From Squalus acanthias (lineage: Eukaryota): DNA of 64,000 bases. The notes beneath the pieces are model-generated. The model searched no databases and was not told the origin of the DNA. It was given only the letters and a program-made list of their open reading frames with translations. Position 1 is the first letter of the stretch; every line of letters begins with the position of its first letter. The position numbers and the translations under genes were made by a program. Where the stretch lies: the NCBI GenBank assembly GCA_030390025.1, contig CM059431.1, positions 151,778,001 through 151,842,000 of the forward strand, read 5' to 3'. Below are positions 42,841-56,079 of the stretch, piece after piece.

Positions 42841-45800
42841 TACACTAACATAACTGGTGGTGACCTTACACTAACAATACTGGTGTTGATCCTGCTGTAA
42901 CAGTACTGTTGGTGACCCTGGTCTTACACTACTGGTGGTGACTCTACTATATTATTAATTTTGGTGACTATACTCTAACATTACAGGAGTGTGATTCGAC
43001 GCTAACATTACTGGAGCTGACCCTACTCGAACATTAATGGTGGTTAATCTATTCTAAAATTAATGCTGGTGAGATTAATCTAACCTTACTGTTGATGAAT
43101 CTGCTTTCACATTATTGGTGGTTTCTCTACCCGACGTTACTGTTGGTTACCATTCTATTACTGTACTGGTGCTCATCTAATCTAACATTATAGGTGGCGC
43201 TCTACTCTAACATTACTGGTGGTGACCCGAATCTATCATGACTGATAGTGACCCTGATCTAACATTACTGGTGGAGAACTCCAATATTACTGGTGGTGAC
43301 TCTACTCTAACATTAATCGTGGTGACCCTCCTCTAACATTTCTGGTGTTGACCCTACTCTAGCATTACTGGTGGTGACCCTTATCTAGCATTGCTGGTGG
43401 TTACAATTTTCTAACATTACTGATGGTGACCCTACTCCAAAATTACTGTTGGTGAACCTAATCTAACATTACTGGTGGCGACTCTACTCTAAAATTACTG
43501 TTGGTGAATCTACTCGAACAGCACTGGAGGTGGCCATACTCTAACGTAACTGGTGATGATTCTACTGTAACATTAGTGGTGAATCTAATCTAACATTACT
43601 GGTGGTGACCCTACTCTAACATTACTGGTGGTAATCATTCTATAACATTATTGGAGCTGACATTATTCTAACATTATTGGTGGTGCCCCTACTCTATCAT
43701 TACTGGTGGTGACGCTACTCCAACATTAATGGTGGTGACCCTACTCTAAAAATACTGGTAGTAACCCTACTCTAAAAATACTGGTGGTGAACCGATTCTA
43801 ACATTAGTGGTGAAACTAATCTAACATTACTGATGTTGCACCTCATCTAAAATTACTGGTGGTGAACCTACTCTAACATTACTGGTTGTGACTCTACTCT
43901 AACATTAATGGTGAATCTAATCTAACATTATTGGTGGTGAAATATCACGATAATTAATATTGATTACCTTACTCTAACATTACAGCTGGTGACTCTATTC
44001 TAACAATTCTGCTGGTGAATCAAATCTAACATTTCTGGTGGTGACCCTAATCTAATTTTTTTAGTGGTAAACATTCTTGAACATTATTGGTTGTGACACT
44101 ATTCTAACACTATTGACGGTGTCTCTACTCTAACATTACTGGTGGTGACCGTACTCAAACATTACTGGTGTTGACCCTACTCTAACATTACGTGTGATGA
44201 CCCTAGTCTAAAATTACTGTTCGTGAACCTACTCTAACATTAATGGTGTTGAGCCAATTCTAACCTTTCTATTGAATACTCTGCTTTTACATTACTGTTG
44301 GTTATTCTGCTATACCAGTACTGGTGGTTACCATTCTCTAAATATACTGGTGCTAACATACTGTAACATTATAGGCTGTGCACTACTCTAACATTACTGG
44401 TGGTGACACTATTCTAACATTAATGGTGTGACCCTATTCTAACATGACTGGTGATGACCCTACTCCAACATTACTAGTGGTGACTCCAATCTAACAATAA
44501 TGGTGGTGACTTTACTCTAACATTACTGTCCTTGTCCGTACTGTAACATTACTGGTGGTGACCCTACTCTAACATTACTGGTGGTGACCCTTCTCTAACA
44601 TTACTGGTGGTGACCCAGCTCTAACGTTACGGGTGAATGTCCCTACTGTAACATTAATGGAGTGTGATTCTACTCCAACATTGCTGGTGGCGATCCTACT
44701 CCAATATTACTGCTGTTGACCCTATTCTAACCTTACTGGTGGTTACTCTACTCTAACATTACTGCTGGTGACTCTACTCAAACATTACTGGTGGTGAATC
44801 TACTCTAACATTACTGCTGGTGACTCTACTCAAACATTACTGGTGGTGAATCTACTCTAACATTACTGGTGATAACCCTACTCCACCAGTAATGCTGGCG
44901 ACCCGACACTAACATTACTGGTGGTGAATCTAATGTAACATTACTGGTGGTAAACGTTCTCTATCCTTATTGTTGTTGCCGCTACTATAACATTATGGAT
45001 GGTGCGCTAATCTAACATTACTTTTGGTGACGCTACTGTAACATTACGGGTGGTGACTCTACTCTAACCTTACTGCTGGTGACTCTACTCTAACATTACT
45101 GGTGGTGAATCTACTGTATCATTACTGGAGATAACCCTACTCCAACATTAATGGTGCCGACCCTTCACTAACATTACTGTTGGTGAATCTAATGTAACAT
45201 TACTGGTGGTGTCTCTTCTCTAACAATACTGGTTGTGACACTGCTCTAACATTTCTGGTGGTTACCCTACTCTAAAATTACTGGTGGTGAAACTATTCCA
45301 ACATTACTGGTGATGAATCTAATTTAACATTACTGGTGGTGCCTCTACTCTAACATTTCTGAAGGTGAATCGAAACTATCAATTCTGGTGGTAACCCTAT
45401 TTTAACATTACTGGTGATAAACGTTCTCTTACGTTATTGTTGTTGCCCCTACTCTAACATTATGGATGGTGCGCTAATCTAACATTACTTTCGCTGACCC
45501 GACTCTAACAGTACGGGTGGTGACCCTACTCTAACATTACTGGTGGTGAACGTACTCTATCATTAATGGTGCTGGGCCTATTCTAACCTTACTTTTGATG
45601 AATCTGCTTTAACATTATTCGTGTTTGCCCTACTCTAACATTACTATTGATGACCCCACTCTATCATTAAATGTTGTGCGTCTACTCTTACATTACTGGT
45701 GTTGACTCCACGCTAATATTATTAGTCGTGACCATTCACTAATATTTCTGGTTGTGACTCTACTTTAACATTACTACTGCTGACCCGTTGTATCATTACT

Positions 45801-48590
45801 GATGGTGACCCTAGTCTAACATTACTGGTGTTGACCACACCCTAAAATAACTGTTTGTGACTCTACTCTAGCATTATTTGTGATCACCCTACTCTGACAC
45901 TACTGCTGGTGATTCGACTGAACATTACTCTTGACGAGCACTCTCTAAAGTTAATGGTTGTGAACCTAATTTATAATTATTGGAGATAACACTGATCTAA
46001 CAATTCTGCTTTTGAGCCTACTCTAACATTACTAGTGTGGAGACTACTCTCCCATTACTGTTGATGAACCTACTCTAACCTTACTGGTGGTGACCCTCCG
46101 CTAACATTTCTGGTGTTGACCTACTATTACATTAATGATTGTGACTGTCCTTCAGCATTAATGATTGTGACTGTGCACTAAGATTGTTGTTTCTGACTGT
46201 ACTCTAACATGCCTGGGGTTGATTCCACTGTAACAGTAATGGTGGTGGCCACACTCTAAGATTATTGGTAATGTACCTGCTATATCATTACTTTTGGTCA
46301 ACAAACTATATCATTACTGTTGCTGACCTTAAACTAATTTACTGGTTGTCAATCTACAATGGCATTACATGAGATGACCCTACTCTACCCTTACTTTGGT
46401 GACTCTACACCAAAATTAATCGTGTTGATCCTACTATATTTTTAATGCGGGTGAACACATTCTAACATTACTGGTGGTTTCTCTACATGAACATCACTGA
46501 TGGTGACTCGACTCTAACATTACTGCTGATGATCCTACACTAACATTACTTGTGGTGACTCTACTCTAACTTTGCTGGTGATTATCCTACTGTAATATTA
46601 CTGGTGGTGACACTACTTTAACATTACTGGTGGTGGCTGTACTCGAACATTATTTGTGGTGTATCTAATCGAACATTACTGGTGGTGACCTTACTCTAAC
46701 ATTACTGGTGGTCACCCTACTCTAACATTAATGGTGGTGACCCTAATCTAACATTACTGGTGGTGACTCTACTCTAACATTACTGGTGGTGATTCTACTC
46801 TAACATTACTTGTGGTGACTTTACTCTAACATTACTTGTGGTGACTTTACTCTAACATTACTGTTGGTGACTCTACTCTAACATTAATGGTGGTGACTCT
46901 ACTCCAACATTACTGGTGGTGACCCCAGTCTAACATTACTGGTGGGGAGTCTAATCTAACATTACTGGTGGTGTGTCGACTCTAACATTACTGTTGGTGA
47001 CCCGACTCGAACATTACTGGTGGTGACCCGACTCGAACATTACTGATGGTAACTCTACTCCAACATTATGGTTGGTGACTCTACTCTAACATTAATGGTG
47101 GTGACTCTACTCTAACATTACTTGTGGTGACTCTACTCCAACATTACTGGTGGTGACGCTACTCTAACATTACTGTTGGTGAGTCTACTCTAACATTAAT
47201 GGTGGTGACTCAGCTCTAACATTACTGGTGGTGAGTCTACTCTAACATTACTGGGGGTGACTCTACTCTAACATTACCATTGGTGATCCTACTCTAAGAT
47301 TACTGTTCGTGGCTCTACTCGAACATTACCTGTGGTGTATCTAATCGAACATTACTGATGGTGAACCTACTCTAACATTAACGGTGCTGAGCCTATTCTT
47401 ACCTTACTGATGATGACTCTGCTTTAACATTACTTTTGGTTACTCTGCTCTGTCATTACTGGTGTTTACCATTCTCTAACTATACTGGTGCTCAACCTAC
47501 TCTAACATTATAGTTGGTGACTGTATTCTAACATTACTGAGGTGACATTACTCGAACATTAATGATTGTGACTCTACTCTAAAATTACTGTATGTGACCG
47601 CACACTAAAATAACTAATGGTGACCCTACTCCAACAGTACTTTTACCAATACTGGTGATGACTTTACACTAAAATTACCGGTGTTGACTCTACTCTAACA
47701 TTACTAGTGATGACTGAACTCTAATATTACTGAACGTGACACCACTATAACATTACTGGTCGTGAATCTACAGTAACGTGACTGATAATGAGTCTTCTCT
47801 AACATTACTGATGGTCATTCTACCCTAACATTATTATTGGTGACCCCACGCAATGATTACATGTTGTGACTAATCTTACATTACTGATGTTAACTCCACA
47901 CAAATATTACTGGTGATGAGCATTCACTGATGTTTCTGGTTGTGACTCTACTCTAACATTAGAGCTGGTGGCCCGATTCTAACATTACTGTTGGTCACCC
48001 TAGTCTAACAGTACTGGTGGTGACTCTACTGGAACACTACTGGTGACGACCAAACTCTGAAGTTAAAGGTTGTGAACTTAATGTTTAATTATTGGAGATG
48101 ACACTAATCTAACAATTCTGCTGCTGAGCCTACTCTAACATTACTAGTGAGGAGACTAACTACCATTACTGGTGATGAAACTACTCTAACCCTATAGGTG
48201 GTGACACTACCCAAATATCACTGGTGTTGCTCCTACTATAACATTAATGATTGCGACTGTACTCTAGCATTAATGATTGTGACTCTGCACTAAGATTGTT
48301 GTTTCTGACTTTACTCTAACATTCCTGGAGTTGATTCCACTCTAACATTACTGGTGTTGGCCACACTCTAAGATTATTGTTAATGCCCATACTATAATAT
48401 TATACCGGTGATGACTAAAATTATTGATTGTGAGCCCCATCTAACATAACATGTGGTCACTCTACTCTAACATTAGCGGTGTTGAACCTACTGGAAATTA
48501 CCTTTGGTTACCCTACTCTATGATTATTGATGATGACTCCACACTAACAGTAATGGCGAGGACAAATCTCTGACATTACTGCTGGTGACC
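42841..48590 (+). repeat. Degenerate continuation of the 26-bp satellite (~220 units)
   Basis: Recognisable CTAACATTACTGGTGGTGA core with many substitutions and indels; less degenerate island at ~46660-47270. Confidence 0.92.
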
Positions 48591-48764
48591 TCTCGTGGGT
48601 ACGGCAGCATAATGTTTATGTTGCTTGACTAGTAATCCAGAGGGCGGGATTAATAATACGAAGATGACGAGTTCCAAACCCGAGCCTCCGCATGGCAGTT
48701 TGGAAATTTCAAAGCAGTTAGTTTAATAGATCTCTAATAAATTGAAAGTATCATGAATATCGGA

Positions 48765-50431
48765 CCATCCTACAACTCATCCGCTTCATCCTTGACCGCA
48801 ATGTCTTCACCTTCGATAACCATTTTTTTACCCAAACACACGGAACAGCCATGGGGACCAAATTCGCACCCCAATACGCCAACATCTTCATGCACAAGTT
48901 CGAACAAGAATTCTTCGCTGCACAGGACCTCCAGCCAACGCTGTACACCAGATACATCGACGACATTTTCTTCCTTTGGACCCATGGCGAAGGATCACTG
49001 AAAAGACTACACGATAACATAAACAAGTTCCATCCCACCATCAAACTCACCATGGACTACTCCTCAGAATCGGTTTCATTCCTGGACACACGAATCTCCA
49101 TCAAAGACGGACACCTCAGCACTTCACTCTACCGCAAACCCACGGACAACCTCACGATGCTCCACTTCTCCAGCTTCCACCCTAACCACGTTAAAGAAGC
49201 CATCCCCTATGGTCAAGCCCTGCGAAAACACAGGATCTGCTCAGACGAGGAGGAAGGCGATGGACATCTACAGACGCTGAAAAACGCCCTCGTAAGAACG
49301 GGCTATGACGCTCGACTCATCGATCGACAGTTCCGACGGGCCACAGCGAAAAATCGCGTAGTCCTCCTCAGAAGGCAAACACGGGACACAAACAACAGGG
49401 TACCCTACGTCGTACCCTACGGAGAAACTACGCCATGTTCTTCGCAGCCTTCAACATGTCATCGATGACGACGAACACCTCGCTAAGGCCATCCCCACGC
49501 CTCCACTACTTGCCTTCAAACAGCCGCCTAACCTCAGAAGTACCATCGTTCGCAGCAAATTACCCAGCTTTCAGGATAACAGCGACCACGACACCACACA
49601 ACCCTGCCACGGCAACCTCTGCAAGACATGCCAGATCATCAACACAGATACCATCATCACACGTGAGGAAACTACCCACCAGGTACATGGTACATACTCA
49701 TGTGACTCGGCCAACGTTGTCTACCTCATACATTGCAGGAAAGAATGCACCGCGGCATGGTACATCGGCGAGACCATGCAGACACTGAGACAACGTATGA
49801 ATGGACACCGCACAACAATCGCCAGGCAGGATTGTTACCTCCCAGTCGGGGAACACTTCAGCAGTCAAGGACATTCAGCCTCGGATCTGTGGGTAAGCGT
49901 TCTCCAAGGCGGCCTTAGAAACACACGACAACGCAAAATAATCGAGCAGAAACTGATAGCCAAGTACCGCACTCACGAGGACGGCCTCAACCGGGATCTT
50001 GGGTTTATGTCACGATACATGACGTAGAGTCATCCAGACTCGAGTCGTCGTTGGCTTGTTCACAGATGTGATTCCCAGTAAAAAAGTAAACATTTTAAAG
50101 TTTATCGTTCTCCATACCGACTGCAGCTTTTGACACATTAGACCCGCTGTAACCCCACCTCATTGTCTCAGTTGTATCTTGCTATGTCTTTGATGTGGTG
50201 CCTTCCTGGCTGACCTGATTGCCTTTTGTCACACCTCGCCAGATAAACAGTCGGGAGGATTAAATGTAATCGTCTGCCATTGTAAGTTACACATGCATTG
50301 TTCTCTATCTATATATGCTTTGTCGATTTTGTATTTCTTCACTTCACCTGACGAAGGAGCTCCGAATGGTCCGAAAGCTTGTGATTTGAAATAAAACTGG
50401 TGGACTATAACCTGGTGTTGTGCGACGTCTC
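48765..50431 (+). mobile_element. Penelope-like element 1, 5'-truncated (RT C-half, GIY-YIG endonuclease, 3' repeat)
   Basis: AMGTKFAPQYANIFM, RYIDDIF, FLD, YRKPT, CxxC..C, NVVY...WYIGET..LRQRMNGH, E..LI..GLN; flanked by ATCGGA at 48759-48764 and 50432-50437. Confidence 0.93.
50344..50384 (+). ncRNA. Minimal type I hammerhead ribozyme motif in Penelope element 1
   Basis: TCAC-CTGACGA-A-GGA..TCC-GAAA-GCTT-GTGA: intact catalytic core, stem I TCAC/GTGA, palindromic stem III. Confidence 0.65.
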
Positions 50432-51280
50432 ATCGGATTATTGTAGAAAGGCAAGTTGTTAACTAATGGATAGTAGGGAAGGAAACCTATCATCCTTAGC
50501 CTGTAAGGCCTATATGTGACACTTAAATGTCCTCTGAGATGGCTGAAGAATCCACTAATTTGTATCAAAGCGCTCTAAATGAGTATAATAAGAATAACAT
50601 TGGACAGATCGGCCTCGGAAACGACAAAGGCACAAACCACCCATTCGACCCTGTAAAGTCCTCATCACTATGATCTGGGGAATTGAGTTAAAATTGGCTG
50701 AGCTAACACACAGACTGGTCCAACAGCAGCCTTACATAGTCATACTGACAGAATCATTTCTTTCAGCCAATGTCACAGTCTCTTCCATCTCCATCACTGG
50801 ATATTTCCTGTCCCACCAGCAGGACAGACCCACCAGATGTGGCGGTACTCCAGTTTAAAGTCGGGTCGGAGTGTCCCTGAGAGTCCTCAACATTTATCTC
50901 GGACTCCATGAAGTTTCGTGGCAACAGGTCAAACATGGGCAAGGGAAGCTCCGACTGATGAAATACGCCCTCCCTAAGCTGATGAATCAGTCCGCCTCCT
51001 TGGAAGAAACACTGCGGTTAGCGAGAGCGCAGAATGTAGTCTGGGTCGTGGGCATCAATGTCTGTCATCAAGACCGGATCGGTAGCACCACTAAAGGACA
51101 CAACTGCCACATTGGGCGTGCGGGAGTGGGTGAGAGAACCCACACGGGGGCAATGCCAGTTGACTTCCTCCGGACCAATCTACCTGATGCCTCTCTGCTT
51201 GAACGAATTTGTAAGAGTGATCACTGCACAGTCCTTGTGGAGACTAAGCCCGTACTCACACCGAGGGCACCCTACCTACA

Positions 51281-51680
51281 GTAATGTTAAAATAGGGTCA
51301 TGACCAGTAATGTTAGTGTCGTGTGAATATCAGAAAAATTAGAGAAGAGCTACCACCAGTAATGTTAGAGTGCAATCACCAACAGTAATGTTAGAGTAGA
51401 ATCACCAACGGTGCTGCTAGAGTAGGATCATCACGGGTAATTCTAGAATAATATCACCACCAGTAGTGTTAGAGTAGAATCACCAACAGTACTTTTAGAG
51501 TCGAGTCATCTCCAATAATGCTAAAGTAGAGTCACAACCAATAATATTAGGCGAGGGTCGCTACCAATTTTGTTCCAGTACAGTCGCCTCCAGTAATGTT
51601 AGAGTTGGGTCAACATCAGTATTGTTAGAGTAGAGGCTGCACCAGCAACGTTCGAGCAGGGTCAACAGCAGTAAGATTAG
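51281..51680 (-). repeat. Degenerate 26-bp satellite remnant in reverse orientation
   Basis: Repeated CACCACCAGTAATGTTAGAGTAGA units. Confidence 0.9.
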
Positions 51681-52688
51681 CATCTGCCACATTTGACCCC
51701 TGGTGACCTCACCTCATTGTCTTTGATGTCATGTTTTCCTGACTGACCTGTTTGGATACCATCCACACCTGTGATTGCCGTGATTGTCTCTCTGCCGAGG
51801 AGAGGTAAAGGGCATTAGAAAGATTAACTGTAATCATCTGGCAGTGTTCTCTGACTATATATGCTGTGCCTATATGCATCTCTTCACTTCACCTGACTAA
51901 GAAGCAGCGCTCCGAAAGCTTGTGATTTCAAATAAAGCTGTTGGACTATAACCTGGTGTTGTGCGACTTCTCACATTTGTCTACCCCAGTCCAACACTGG
52001 CATCTCCACATCATGGCTACAATCGAAACCAAAAACTGTCGGCTCAAAGTGAGACGATCTCCAAGAAGATCACGCATATCGACGCAGACATCAAGTTTCT
52101 ACAGAGATGCAAGAAAGCAGACAAGATCCCGAAAGACTACAGATCAGGAACCCACTCAAGACGACATACAACACAGACTACGCTGAGAGACTATGCCGTC
52201 CTACCTCTTACACACTCCTCAACCATCTCGTACACCAGCTCTACAGCAGACGCCGCAACCTCGAAACCAAGATAGAGTCCATGTTCTCAGCCTGTGCTCA
52301 GGACACAGCAGACCAGCTACGAGACACCGCCAAACAGATGAGGCAACGGAACTACGCTGCCTACATGCACACCAAGAACAGGAAGCTTGAGAAACTCGGC
52401 ATCACCACCAGCAGCAACCAAGCCTCCCCTGGTACCACGGTTGCAACCACAGGGAAGACCATCGTCAACTTGTCCGACCACACCCTTCAACCAGACGAAA
52501 TCGAAGTTCACAGCCGAGGGCTCAATTTCTGCCCCACCACCAAAATGGACCCCATCGGTCTCGCGGCAGACACAGAGGAATTCATCAGGAGGATGAGGCT
52601 CCGGGAATTCTTCCACGAATCCCAAGATGTCAGCAGCGAACCCAATGAGACAATCAATGATCTGGAACAGCAGACAGAGTGACCCGCA

Positions 52689-54452
52689 GTGCAGCAACCG
52701 AAGAAGAAAGAGTCAAATTGGACCCCTCCTGAGTGGCGCTGCCCTAAGCTTGACATGTATGCTCAAGCTGTCAGGAGATGCATCAAAGCCAGATTAATCA
52801 GCCGCACTCACAAGCCAGTCCAGAATGTCACCCGAGCACAACACAACGCCATCCACGCTCTCAAGACCAACCGGAACATCGTCATCAAACCAGCGGACAA
52901 AGGAGGAGCCATCGTCATACAGAACAGAATGGACTATTGCAAAGAATCATACCGACAACTGCACAACCAGGAACACTACAGACAGTTACACGCAGATCCG
53001 AACAAAGAACAAACCCGCCAACTCAATAGACTGATCAAGACCTTCGATCCAGACCTTCAAAGCATCCTATGCACTCTCATTCCACGTACTCCCCGCGTGG
53101 GAGACTTCTACTGCCTCCCAAAGATACACAAAGCCAACACACCCGGAAGTCCTATCGTATCAGGCAACGGAACCCTGTGTGAGAACCTCTCTGGATATGT
53201 CGAGGGCATCCTGAAACCCATCGTACAGGGAACCCGCAGCATCTGTCGCGACATTACAGACTTCTTACAGACACTCAGCACCCACGGACCAGTTGAACCA
53301 GGAGCACTCCTCGCCACGATGGATGTATCGGCACTCTACACCAATATCCCCCATGATGACGGCATCGCTGCGACAGCCTCAGTACTCAACACCAACAACA
53401 TCCAATCTCCAGACGCCATCCTACAACTCATCCGCTTCATGCTTGACCACAATGTCTTCACCTTCGATAACCATTTTTTTACCCAAACACATGGAACAGC
53501 CATGGGGACCAAATTCGCACCCCAATACGCCAACATCTTCATGCACAAGTTCGAGCAAGACTTCTTCGCTGCACAGGACCTCCAACTAACGCTATACACC
53601 AGATACATCGACGACATTTTCTTCCTATGGACCAACGGCGAAGAATCACTGAAAAGACTACACGATAACATCAACAAGTTCCATTCCACCATCAAACTCA
53701 CTATGTACTACTCCTCAGAATCGGTTTCATTCTTGGACACACGAATCTCCATCAAAGACGGACACCTCAGCACTTCACTCTACCGCAACCCCACGGACAA
53801 CCTCACGATGCTCCACTTCTCCAGCTTCCACCCTAACCACGTTAAAGAAGCCATCCACTATGGAGAAGCCCTGCGAATACACAGGATCTGCTCAGACGAG
53901 GAGGAACGCGACGGACACCTACAGACGCTGAAAGACGCCCTCGTAAGAACGGGATATGACGCTCGACTCGTCGATCGACAGTTCCGACAGGCCACAGCGA
54001 AAAATCACATAGACCTCCTCAGAAGACAAAGACGGGACATAACCAACAGAGTACCCTACGTCGTCCAGTACATCCCCGGAGCGGATAAACTACGCCATGT
54101 TCTTTGCAGCCTTCACCATGTCATCGATGACGATGAACACATCGCTAAGGCCATCCCCACGTCTCCACTACTCGCCTTCAAACAGCAACCTTACCTCAAA
54201 CAAACCATCGTTAGCAGCAAATTACCCAGCTTTCAGGCGAACAGCGACCACGACACCACACAACCCTGCCACGGCAACCTCTGCAAGACATGCCAGACCA
54301 TCAACACCGATACCATCATCACACGTGACGAAACCACCCACCAGGTACATGGTACATACTCATGTGACTCGGCCAACGTTGTCTACCTCATACGTTACAG
54401 GAAAGGATGCCCTGGAGCATGGTGTATCAGCGAGAACATGCAGACACTGTGA
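52689..54452 (+). pseudogene. Penelope RT / GIY-YIG polyprotein, largest open segment (587 aa)
   Basis: ORF track with PLE RT motifs; bounded by premature TGA codons, and the YIG motif is mutated to CIS. Confidence 0.88.
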
Positions 54453-55018
54453 CAACGTATGAAAGGACACTATGCAACAATCGCCAGGCAGGAGTGTTCC
54501 CTCCGAGTCGGGGAACACTTCAGCAGTCAAGGACATTCAGCCTCCGATCTTCGGGTAAGCGCTCTCCAAGTCAGCCTTCCAGACACACGACAACGCAAAA
54601 TCGTGGAGCAGAAACTGATAGCCAAGTTCCGCACCCATGAGGACGAACTCAACCGGGATCTATGGTTCATGTCACGCTACATGTAACCCCCCCTGACGTA
54701 GAGTCATCCAGGCTCGATTCGTCGTTGGCTTGTTCTCTCCACACAGATGCGGCCGGACCTGCTGCGATTTCCAGCAAAAAAAGTGTTTTGTTTTCCATAC
54801 TGACCCCAGCATCTGCCACAATTGACCCCTTGTGACCCCAGCTCATTGTCTTTGATGTAATGTTTTCCTGACTGACCTGTTTGGACACCATCCACACCTT
54901 TGATTGCCGTGATTATCTCTCTGCCGAGGTGTGATAAAGGGCAGTTGGCAAGATTAACTGTAATCACCTGGCAGTGTTCTCTGACTATATAGGCTGTGCC
55001 TATATGCATCTCTTCACT

Positions 55019-55055
55019 TCACCTGACGAAGGAGCAGCGCTCTGAAAGCTTGTGA
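55019..55055 (+). ncRNA. Minimal hammerhead ribozyme motif in the 3' pseudo-LTR of Penelope element 2
   Basis: TCAC-CTGACGA-A-GGAGC-AGC-GCTCT-GAAA-GCTT-GTGA. The homologous 5' copy at 51889-51925 has a core mutation (CTGACTA). Confidence 0.7.
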
Positions 55056-55143
55056 TTTCAAATAAAGCTGTTGGACTATAACCTGGTGTTGTGCGACTTC
55101 TCACATTTGTCCAGCCCAGTCCAACACCGGCATCTCCACATCA

Positions 55144-55700
55144 CAGTAATGTTAGAGTGCGGTCACCAGCAGTAATGTTACTGTAGAGTCACCAGAATTA
55201 ATGTTCGAGTAGATTCACTATCAGTAATGTTAGAGTAGGGTCACTTCCAGTAATGTTAAGTCAGAGTCACCACCAGTAATGTTAGAGTGCGGTCACCACC
55301 AGTAATGTTACTGTAGAGTCACCAGCTGTATTGTTAGAGTAGATTCACTACCAGCAATGTTAGAGTAGGGTCACTTCCAGTAATGTTAGAGGAGGGTCCT
55401 CACAATTAATGTTAGTGCAGGGTCTCCATCAATAATCTTCGGTTCAATCATGACCAATAATGTTAGCGTAGGTTCACCTCCAGTAATTGTAGAGTAGAGT
55501 CACCACCAGTAATGTTAGATTAGGGTCATCACCAGTAATCTTACTGTAGGATCACCACCAGTAATATTCGAGTAGAATCATCACCATTAATGTTAGGTGT
55601 TGGCCACTATCAGTAATATTAGTGTAGGTTCACCACCAGTAATATTAGAGAAGGGTGACCACCAGTAATGTTAGGACAGAGTCGTCAACAGTATCGTTAA
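55144..55700 (-). repeat. 26-bp satellite remnant, reverse orientation, upstream of GPCR copy C
   Basis: 55345-55700 is the reverse complement of the degenerate leading edge of array 2 (~29663-30090). Confidence 0.92.
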
Positions 55701-56079
55701 AGCGTTACTTATGTAATGGATGAGAGAAATTTCACCAATTTATGTGAGCCCCTGGGAAGCTAACACAGGAACTTGGAGAGATGTTCCCTGCAGGGTTCAC
55801 ATGACGGGCGCAGAGCACAGTCACTCTGGAATTAACTCCCCTTCATTGTTTTTAATGGACGGTGTATCATGGACTCAGCTGTACAATTTCCCCATTGGGC
55901 GTACTGAAGCGGAAAATCGCCACTTGTTTCTTAAGTAGCTGTAACTAAGTTCAATTATTATGTAACGTGATTTTCTCACCAGGGCACGGATTGTTTAATA
56001 AAGGGGGATAATTTACGGATCTCAGATAAACGCCAGTCGGAACTGTAATGCAGGACAGAATTCACACAGTCTTCTAAAA

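Larger units (their letters stand above)
48591..51280 (+). mobile_element. LINE 5' region (tRNA-like head plus APE endonuclease), interrupted by Penelope element 1 and 3'-truncated
   Basis: 48591-48764 and 50432-51280 rejoin across an ATCGGA duplication. ORFs at 50670-51284 show APE motifs (IWG, IVILTESFL, DRPTRCGG, SDH). The head has degenerate A-box and B-box (GAGTTCCAAACCC). Confidence 0.65.
51681..55143 (+). mobile_element. Near full-length Penelope-like element 2 with ~333-bp direct terminal repeats (pseudo-LTRs)
   Basis: 51681-52013 matches 54810-55143. ORF from ATG 52013 to 54686 has frameshifts (~52050, ~52133) and stops (52680, 54450); motifs IKPADKGGAIV, YCLPKIHK, MDVSALYTNIP, YIDD and a GIY-YIG-like C-terminus. 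Confidence 0.95.

Noticed and set aside
9029..48590. CRISPR-like array
   Set aside because: Units are head-to-tail with no unique spacers, there are no cas genes, and the context is vertebrate.
52193..54640. Alternate-frame and antisense ORFs over Penelope, and 60971-61384 over the young CR1
   Set aside because: Shadow ORFs produced by codon bias of the retroelement ORFs.
51669..55156. Possible TSD CAGTAAGATTAG / CAGTAATGTTAG around Penelope 2, and CTAACAT around the LINE at 41858-42840
   Set aside because: The target is a tandem repeat, so flanking matches are expected and cannot be called TSDs.
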